Shown: in pieces, positions 13,901-23,597 of the stretch
Numbering within the stretch: the stretch's first letter is position 1
Layout of the letters: each line of letters begins with the position of its first letter
Origin: Geosiphon pyriformis uo1
Taxonomy: Eukaryota > Fungi > Glomeromycota
Direction of reading: 5' to 3'
Assembly: GCA_016748015.1 (NCBI GenBank)
Contig: JAAOMT010000664.1
Coordinates: 690,715-754,714, forward strand
DNA length: 64,000 nt
The notes under the pieces: model-generated
Databases searched by the model: none
Seen by the model: the letters and a program-made list of their open reading frames with translations, nothing else
What the model was told of the DNA's origin: nothing
Program-made: the position numbers and the translations under genes

Positions 13901-16900
13901 AAGATTGAGCTCCGTCGAAATCAAAGTTAATTTCTTCATTAAATTCTAAGTTACTATAGTGGTTCAATACTGTGTTATTAATTTGTTGTTGTAATTCTTG
14001 AAATTGCGAGTTGGTAAGTCGTCCAATACTGTTGGTTGTTATTATGTTCATGGTTGGGTCCAACAATAATTTGTGACAGTTTTCAAATGCTTTGAAAATT
14101 CTATAAACTGTTTTTGAATGGAATGTAGTGTTGGTTTTTCCAATGAAAGGTTCTAATAGTTGGATAGTTGTTTTGTCAAANNNNNNNNNNNNNNNNNNNN
14201 TAATCCATTTGTTTGAGGGTGGTATGGTGATGACAGTGGTCACTTGATTCCAAATTTTTGGCTAAGTTCTTTTAAGATGCTGTTTACGAAGTGTGTGCCT
14301 TGATCTGATAGCAATTCTTGTGGACATCCATGTCGGCAAATTAAGTCTTCATGTATGAATTAAGCTACGGAAATAGCATCAGCTGTTTTAATAGCTCTAG
14401 CTTCTGGCCATTTGGTGAGATAGTCCATGGCTACTGCAATATAACAGTTGTTTCTTGTTGTTATTGGTAAAGGTCCAATTAAATCAATTCCGATTCTGTC
14501 AAATGGCTGTCCAACTTTTATTGGTCTTAATAATTCCATTGTTTTTGCTCCTCCTCTTCGTTGGCATGGGTCACAATTTCTTATGTATTGGATTATGTCT
14601 AAGCTCATTTTTGGCCAATAGTAACGGCTAGTTGCACGTTGGATGGTTGCTGTTTTTCCAAAGTGGCCTGAATGAATATCTGAGTGCATGTTAAATAAGA
14701 TAGTTTCTTTTTCATCTGTGGTTATAACTCTTAATGGATTATCTGGATTTTGTCGATTCTGGTAATAAAATATGTGATTTTGGATGAAATAGTGTTTTGC
14801 TAATTTTTGGAGCTTAATTAGCTCTTTTACTGGCATTTTTTTGTCTATTTGTAGTGTNNNNNNNNNNNNNNNNNNNNCATTTTTAGATAGTGGGTAATTA
14901 AGGGGTTTGGCGATGTTTGAAAAGTTTTCTACAAAGTGGCGGTAGTAAGATGCGAGTCCTAAAAAGCTTCTAACTTCTGAAACGTTTCAAGGTACTGGAA
15001 AATTTTTCACTTTGTCTATTTTTGATGGATCTGGTTTTATTCCATCTTTTCCAACTACGTGTCCTAAAAATGCTAGCTCATTTTTCCCAAAGAAACATTT
15101 TTCTAGATTTAGTTTAAGTCCAGCGTGTCTCAATCTCTCAAAAACTTGTTGTAAATATTGGAGATGATCCGTGAATTTTGACGAGAAAACATTTGTATTA
15201 TCCAAGTAGACAACAACGGATTGCCACAGGATTCCGGAGTAAATTACGTCCATTAGTCTTTGGAATGTCGCGGGAGCGTTTGTTAATCCAAATGGCATTA
15301 CATTGAACTCATAATTGCCATTTTGTGTTGTGAATGCTGTTTTATGCCTGTCCTTTGGGTCCATTTCCACTTGCCAGTACCCACTGGTCAAGTCCAGTAT
15401 AGAAAACCATTTTGCTCCTCCAAAAATGTCGAAGATTTTGTCAATTAACGGTATTGGGTATGAGTCTTTGGTTGTTTTGCTGTTTAGTTTGCGATAGTTG
15501 ATGCAAAATCTAATTTTTCCGTTCTTTTTCCTTACNNNNNNNNNNNNNNNNNNNNATCACGAGTTTCTTGGTTTCTGGACTGGCTGCTTGTTCCAGTGAC
15601 TGGTCTTGTGATTGTTTTTTCGCTGGTCTCTTTTTCGGATTCTGATTCAGACTCCTCTTCACGGTTTTCAAATCTCATTCTAAATTTTGGCTGAAAAAGA
15701 GGGTTTTGGAATAGTGATGAATATCCTCCTGTAATTGGTATGTCTCCCCAGTTACGTTGTTTAATTTTATCAATATAACTAGAAGTTCTTGGCGTTTGTG
15801 GAGTTGATGTTGATGATGATGCAGCTCCTAATGGAATTTGTATCTTATTTTCTGGTGAAAAATGGTATGATTTATCTTCTGGTGAATAAATACGTTGTTT
15901 CTTTATTGATTGAGTGACAGTTTTCTTTGGTGTTTGAGCTGGTGTTTCTAGTTTTTGCTGGTTACTTTNNNNNNNNNNNNNNNNNNNNTTATCATGTCTC
16001 ACTTTTTGTTGTTTTTGTGATTGTTCAATATTTTGTGCTGCTTTTCTTCTTTTGTTTTCTAAAGTTCCCATTAATTCGTATGTTTTTCTAAGTAGTGTTT
16101 CCTGGAATGTTGCTTCCGTGATAGTGTCACTCGGATAAGTTGGGATAGTAAGTTCAATGGGTAATGTGGCTTTTCTTCCATAAACTAGTTCAAACAGTGT
16201 GAATTGTGTAGTATCTTGTTTTACTGTTCTATATGCTAATAATACTGCTGGTATGAACAAATCCCATTCTTTTTCATGTTCGTTACTAATTTTCGCCAGT
16301 GATTTGCATAATGTGCGATTAAATCTTTCAACTAATCCATTTGTTTGAGGGTGGTATGGTGATGACAGTGGTCACTTGATTCCAAATTTTTGGCTAAGTT
16401 CTTTTAAGATGCTGTTTACGAAGTGTGTGCCTTGATCTGATAGCAATTCTTGTGGACATCCATGTCGGCAAATTAAGTCTTCATGTATGAATTAAGCTAC
16501 GGAAATAGCATCAGCTGTTTTAATAGCTCTAGCTTNNNNNNNNNNNNNNNNNNNNGAATATCTGAGTGCATGTTAAATAAGATAGTTTCTTTTTCATCTG
16601 TGGTTATAACTCTTAATGGATTATCTGGATTTTGTCGATTCTGGTAATAAAATATGTGATTTTGGATGAAATAGTGTTTTGCTAATTTTTGGAGCTTAAT
16701 TAGCTCTTTTACTGGCATTTTTTTGTCTATTTGTAGTGTTTCCAAGTATTGGCTGAGGTTTTTGTAAAGGTGGTTGTTCATTGTTGTTGTGGCGGGTGGG
16801 TTGGTGATTTTTATGTATGTCTCATTCTTGACAAACAGTCGGCATTAGCATTTTTGGTACCTTCTTTGTATTTGATAATATAATCGTATGGTGCTAATGT

Positions 16901-17225
16901 TTGTAACCATCTGGCGTATTTTCCTTTTAGCGCTTTCTTGTTATTTAACCAGACCAGACCTCTATAATCTGTCGTAATCTCAAAGGGTTGGTACCGTAAA
17001 TATGTGTCAAAGTGAACACAACTCCAGACTACTGCTAAGCATTCAAGTTCATGTGCTGCGTAGTTTTGTTCTGCCGTACTGAGACTTCTGCTGGTATAAG
17101 CGATTACATGTTCTCTTCCATTATCATCTTTTTGTGACAGAATGGCTCCAAGTTCAGTTCCAGAGGCATCTGTGGCCAAAATGAATTTCTTGTTGAAATT
17201 CGGATNNNNNNNNNNNNNNNNNNNN

Positions 17226-17687
17226 TTCAGCGAAATTCGCTTCAATTCCTTTTCCTGTCGATCCAAAACCAAAAGTTCCTCTCGTTGTTTGTGACAATTC
17301 CTCACGATTTTCCACTGGCACGAATTTCCCAATTTTTACCAATGGTAGGAAAATTGCTTGTGCAATCTTTTCCTTAGATTCAATGGTATAAGGCTTTTCT
17401 GAATTGTTCTGTAGCAAAACCATCAAATTTCCAGTGTATCTGGAGTCAATTACTCCTCCTTGAACGCTTATTCCTTTTTTTGCGAGGCTTGATCGCGACG
17501 CCATTTGAACCATTATTTCTGGCGGAATTTCAACCGCTATTTTTAGGTCAATTTTGGTGATGCTCCTGGGTGGTAATGTTGTGGATTGGTCTTCTGGATA
17601 ACGTAGATCGAATCCGGCGTTGGTTGGATGGGCTCTTTCGGGTATTATTCCTAAGTGCCCGTTGTCGAAGTATTGGATGTCGGTCAC
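17226..17687 (-). CDS. Retroelement-encoded trimeric dUTPase domain within pol
   Basis: All five motifs in order: AGFDL, SRSS, GVIDSRYTG, IAQ, RGTFGFGSTG. Segment 18535-19493 joins motif 5 in frame to the RT N-terminus. Confidence 0.93.
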
Positions 17688-20600
17688 CTGTTCTAGGTCA
17701 GTATAGGCTACAAATTTTTCTGACTTGGGACCGTCAGGTGAGTTTTGTTGATTTATTGATTGATTTTGAGACTACTGATTCTCAATTTCCATTTTTCTTT
17801 CCAAGTCCCTTTTGTCTTGACACTCTTCACAACACTGACTTTGGCACGGGATGAGACAGTTTTCGCAGAGGTAAGTGTTGATTTGGGCGAGGTATTGTTC
17901 TTGCTCTTGTCGAGTGGGGCATAGTTGTTGGTAGTAGTCCTGGAATTCGTCCACTGGGTCGAACATGTTGTAGCTGGTGACTTCGTTGGCTACTTCGGCT
18001 GACTCTTTTCAACGTCATATTTCTTCGGCGGTTCCTCCTCTTACTTTGGCTTGTGCAGTGTTGTACAACTCGTCCTCGTCGTGTGGGTAGTGCTATAGTC
18101 TTTTTAACGCTCTGTTGAACNNNNNNNNNNNNNNNNNNNNTTCCGGAATGTAGACGGGTTCTTCTGTGGTGTTTGCGATAGGAATTTTTATCCATTGAGC
18201 TTTATCAGCTGGAATAAAAAAGTTAGTAAGTCCTATAAGAAACTGTTGGCAAGTTTCTGGGTAGGGCTTAAATATTAGGTCTTTTTCTTTAATTGTTCTT
18301 TTTATTCTTATTTCTGATTTTCCATATGGTAGGAGCGTGATGGACCGCTCATTTTTAATTACTTCACCTTTTTCCTCTATTGTTTCAGCGAAATTCGCTT
18401 CAATTCCTTTTCCTGTCGATCCAAAACCAAAAGTTCCTCTCGTTGTTTGTGACAATTCCTCACGATTTTCCACTGGCACGAATTTCCCAATTTTTACCAA
18501 TGGTAGGAAAATTGNNNNNNNNNNNNNNNNNNNNTGTTTTATGCCTGTCCTTTGGGTCCATTTCCACTTGCCAGTACCCACTGGTCAAGTCCAGTATAGA
18601 AAACCATTTTGCTCCTCCAAAAATGTCGAAGATTTTGTCAATTAACGGTATTGGGTATGAGTCTTTGGTTGTTTTGCTGTTTAGTTTGCGATAGTTGATG
18701 CAAAATCTAATTTTTCCGTTCTTTTTCCTTACTAAAACAACTGGTGAGGACCATGGGCTTATTGATGGTTGTATTATTCCTTTTTCCAACATGCTTTGGA
18801 CTTCTTCTCTGATAAAATTATGCTCTATTGGTGGGGCATGGTAAGCGCGTTGTTTTTCAGGTCTGGCGTCTCCAGTGGGAATTTGGTGTTGAACCAAGTT
18901 GGTTCTTCCAAATTTGCCATTTCTTGAAAATATATCAGAGTATTTTAAAATTAATGCTTTTAATTGTTGCTGTTGGTCGGGATCCATTGTTCCAATATTT
19001 AATTTGGCCAATTCTTCTGGTGTAAATTGATAGCATTCTACTGGTTGTTGCCAATTTATTGAAGTAAGTTCACAGTAGAGGGTGATTTCTGGGAAATTTA
19101 GAATTTCTTGTGGTGTTGACGCGTTTTCTAGCTCTGTTCTGAGGTATCCAATGATAGTATCTTCCGGAATGTAGACGGGTTCTTCTGTGGTGTTTGCGAT
19201 AGGAATTTTTATCCATTGAGCTTTATCAGCTGGAATAAAAAAGTTAGTAAGTCCTATAAGAAACTGTTGGCAAGTTTCTGGGTAGGGCTTAAATATTAGG
19301 TCTTTTTCTTTAATTGTTCTTTTTATTCTTATTTCTGATTTTCCATATGGTAGGAGCGTGATGGACCGCTCATTTTTAATTACTTCACCTTTTTCCTCTA
19401 TTGTTTCAGCGAAATTTGCTTCAATTCCTTTTCCTGTCGATCCGAAACCAAAAGTTCCTCTCGTTGTTTGTGACAATTTCTCACGATTTTCCANNNNNNN
19501 NNNNNNNNNNNNNCTTCTTGCAAACCGAGCATTCTAGCTTTGGTCTGCGTCGCTGGTGGTTTCTTCGTGAACTTACCTGGTTCCATTTGGATCTTTCTTC
19601 GCTGGTCCACATTGGTACGGTTGGTAGTCCTGTTCTTTGGTCATCAGCCCAAGAGAGCTGATAGGTTTCAATGGCTGGTAGTGCTGGATTTTCCTCAAAT
19701 TCGAAGGTAGATCTTTGGTTGGCGCTGGGTTTTTGGAAGTGGCCACAGGTGGCTGGAATTTTGGCCTGGTGGCCATTATAATTGATCAGAAGCTCTTGGG
19801 TGATCCAGTCTAGGGTGGCGTTGGCTTTTGTTAGCCAGTCATTCCCTACTAATGCTTGATATTGTGTAGCGTCCATTACTAATACTTTTGTAGGTATTAC
19901 TATGCCGTTAATTTCGAAAGGGAATGAGTCGATTTTGCCATAAGGCAGCTTTGTACTTCCATCGGCTGTTATGATTTGGGACGTCACAGCACGATCAACT
20001 TTGAAACCCAGTTGGTTTACTAGTTAAAGCGTTATGATGCTTCCAGTAGATCCGCTGTCTAAGATAAGTTTGATTGGGGTATTGTTTACAGTGGCTTCCG
20101 TATACATAGTAGTGATTGGACGTTTTTTGTCCAATGCTGCTTCACTGAACATAGCCTCGTTTTCCTCTAATTCAAAAAGAAAAATAGCTGCGAGGCTGCT
20201 ATCTTCGGTGGCAACTGCTGGTGGTATTGTCTGACTCAATTTGGAGGAATTCTTGGTTCTGTTTATGTTTCTACCGTCATTGTTTCTGATGATCAGGTTT
20301 TCCAGTATATTAAGGTAAGTTTGTTGATAATTTTGGTAGTTTGGATTGGTTTGCTGATTGGTTCCGGCGCGGTTTGGATTCCTCTGGACCAACGTGTTCT
20401 GGTTCCACATGGGCTGATTTCGGGCCTCGGGACGCCAATTCGGGTTGGCTATCATGGGCTGTTGCTGGTAAGCTCCTTGATTTTAATACGTGGTGGGATA
20501 TTGGCGTGGTATTGGCGTGTACTGGTTTCTGGGCATTTGGGGTGGCGCATAGTAATTATTTTCGCGTGCTTCCTGCATCATTCGCATTCAACATTGACTA

Positions 20601-23075
20601 ATCAAATGTCCTATGCGTTTGCAAAAATGGCAGGCGCGTGTTTCTGTTCTGAATTCCTGGTGCGACGAGCGATTATTTCGACTGTCGCTGACTTCCTGGC
20701 TGCATTTTTGGGGTGGTTGGTATGTATTTTTTCTTGGATCCGGGATGAGGTAACTTTCTATTTTCTTAGAGAGTTCCTCCCCTAATCGCGTTACTCTTTT
20801 CTCTAATGTTTCTGTCTTATTTTCCTCCATTACCATGTTAACCATTTGACTATGGTTAGCTTCTTTCTCAGCCGATTCAAGGGCTCTGGTAAGCGTAACG
20901 GCTTCTGGTAAGGAATTAGAGTGGGCAGGGCATACTCTTTCTAAAATGCTGCTTTTTAATCCTCTAATAAACTGATTTAAAACCTGAGGATCAGTATAGT
21001 ATCCTTGTTCAATCGCTTCAATCTGACGGCAAATTCGATTGAATCGAGCAAGGTATTGGGTGACAGTTTCACCAGTATTTTGCTTGATAGTATTGAATTT
21101 GTTCTGTAGTTGGATTATGGCGTTTGGGTCGCTAAAATACTCCAGGAGTGCATTTTTAAATTCGGCGAAGCTCGTGGGTTTTGTTTCCAGGCTTTGATAC
21201 CACGAGTCGGCTGTGCCTTTCAGGAAGAAAGGTAATGTTTGAATTGCTCTTTGGTCATTTCAGTTATTTGCCTGGATGGCTTTTTGTGCTTCTCTGAGCC
21301 ATGTGTGCATGTCCGTTTCTTCTTCCTCTCCTGAGAAATCTGTTAGTCTTGCAATGTATGGTGTGGTCATTTCGTTGCCGTTTTCTGCTGGTGGGTTTAT
21401 TGGTCTAAGAGAAGGTGGGATGATATTTCCTTAAGCATTTTTAAAGATGGCTTCCCTTATATCTGGTTCTTCCTCTTGATCACGAGTTTCTTGGTTTCTG
21501 GACTGGCTGCTTGTTCCAGTGACTGGTCTTGTGATTGTTTTTTCGCTGGTCTCTTTTTCGGATTCCGATTCAGACTCCTCTTCACGGTTTTCAAATCCTG
21601 TTCTAAATTTTGGCTGAAAAAGAGGGTTTTGGAATAGTGATGAATATCCTCCTGTAATTGGTATGTCTCCCCAGTTACGTTGTTTAATTTTATTAATATA
21701 ACTAGGAGTTCTTGGCGTTTGTGGAGTTGATGTTGATGATGATGCAGCTCCTAATGGAATTTGTATCTTATTTTCTGGTGAAAAATGGTATGATTTATCT
21801 TCTGGTGAATAAATACGTTGTTTCTTTATTGATTGAGTGACAGTTTTCTTTGGTGTTTGAGCNNNNNNNNNNNNNNNNNNNNGCACGGGATGAGACAGTT
21901 TTCGCAGAGGTAAGTGTTGATTTGGGCGAGGTATTGTTCTTGCTCTTGTCGAGTGGGGCATAGTTGTTGGTAGTAGTCCTGGAATTCGTCCACTGGGTCG
22001 AACATGTTGTAGCTGGTGACTTCGTTGGCTACTTCGGCTGACTCTTTTCAACGTCATATTTCTTCGGCGGTTCCTCCTCTTACTTTGGCTTGTGCAGTGT
22101 TGTACAACTCGTCCTCGTCGTGTGGGTAGTGCTATAGTCTTTTTAACGCTCTGTTGAACGCTGCTTCGAACGGCATTCCTCCTCTTACCCAGTCACAGAT
22201 GAGGATCGTGTATTGGCAAGTTGCATCACACGTTCCTTCTCTGCCTGATAAGTTGTTCCAGTCGCACCCTCTTGGTAACAGTTCTCTACAAGCGAGGCAT
22301 GGTTCCTCGTCCCATTTTCCGTGTCTTTCTGGATAACCGTATTTTTCTTTGTTACAACAGTTACAATAGTAGTGGGTGGGGTTTTTTGGGTCTTTGTCCG
22401 GTGTGCTGCACGCAGTCATAGACGAGAGTTTCTTCTTGCAAACCGAGCATTCTAGCTTTGGTCTGCGTCGCTGGTGGTTTCTTCGTGAACTTACCTGGTT
22501 CCATTTGGATCTTTCTTCGCTGGTCCACATTGGTACGGTTGGTAGTCCTGTTCTTTGGTCATCAGCCCAAGAGAGCTGATAGGTTTCAATGGCTGGTAGT
22601 GCTGGATTTTCCTCAAATTCGAAGGTAGATCTTTGGTTGGCGCTGGGTTTTTGGAAGTGGCCANNNNNNNNNNNNNNNNNNNNTTGTTGGCGCATTCCCT
22701 AGTGTTTCCTGTGGATATTGGAAAATTTTCGTTGGCGTATTGCTCAATTTCTTGATGGATTTTGACAATAGTTGTGGCTATTACTGCTACTTCTTTTGTA
22801 GTGTATTGTGATAATTCTCTATACAATCCAAGTTTTGCATCGTGTGGTTCTTCTTCCTTTCCTATATGATAATTTATTCTGGCGTTGATATAATAAGTGA
22901 GAGCAGATTCTGCTGGACAACACCCTTCTGGTAATCCAAGATCACTCTGATTTTGTGTGTAAATAGCACGGCAGAATTCAAGAACAGTAAGATTAGGGGT
23001 TTTTGTCACCACTTTTGTCTTTTCCTTTTTAGCAATAAATTATTGCTAATTATTATTTCCTTTTTGATTTTCTTT

Positions 23076-23092
23076 CCTCGTAGGGTTCACCA
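23076..23092 (-). promoter_or_regulatory. Primer-binding site TGGTGAACCCTACGAGG (primer tRNA not assigned)
   Basis: Starts with TGG two nucleotides inside the 5' LTR end, complementary to a tRNA CCA end. Confidence 0.8.
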
Positions 23093-23094
23093 AA

Positions 23095-23593
23095 TGTTAT
23101 GGGATGGTTTTCTTGTTATATTTAATTGCTGATATCCCGCTTTAATTGCAATCAGTCTTTCGTGAGTTCCTCAGTTCTATTTGTGTGATAATGTCACTGT
23201 TACACTGAAGGCTTTCTTTTTACTGTTGCAATGTAAGTTATTCTTTAATTCTTGATTGTTGTGTGNNNNNNNNNNNNNNNNNNNNGATCTATTGCTTGAT
23301 AAGTTATGATTTTTATTACTTGATTGATTATTTCCCAATATTAAAACTACTGTATATATACATGTTTGTAGTTCTACGAGAAAATACTTTCTTTTTGATA
23401 TTTCAACCTGGTGTTTGCTGCTATCACCAGTTGGTGTTGGCTGCTATTGTAAACTGGTGCTTGCCACTATCGCGAAATGGTATTTGCTACTATGTTAATC
23501 ATTACCTTTCTAAGATTACTACTGTGCTATATTATGATTGAATAGTTTGTATTATTTTTATGATTCTTTTTTCTAAATTCTTAAACTGTAACA
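23095..23593 (-). repeat. 5' LTR of element B (contains an N-gap)
   Basis: TGTTA...TAACA termini; matches 13371-13885. Confidence 0.95.
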
Positions 23594-23597
23594 CTGT

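Larger units (their letters stand above)
13371..23593 (-). mobile_element. Full-length Ty3/Gypsy LTR retrotransposon B with dUTPase; interior scrambled or duplicated by assembly
   Basis: Two ~97% identical LTRs and a CTGT TSD (13367-13370, 23594-23597). Gag plus CCHC knuckle CHFCKRIGHLISQC (20588-20640). PR ILDSGSTGS. dUTPase. RT (SPWSSPVVLV, LDLTSGYWQV, MPFGLTNAPATFQ, YLDN). RNase H (LATDASGTELGAIL, NANADCLSR). Integrase (HHCC, IDLIGPLP, SDQGTHF, PQTNGLVERFN). Confidence 0.96.

Noticed and set aside
15532-23012. Apparent fusion ORFs such as integrase-Gag (15532-16260) and dUTPase-RNase H (16811-17332)
   Set aside because: The joins run through 20-N gaps, so they are assembly artefacts.
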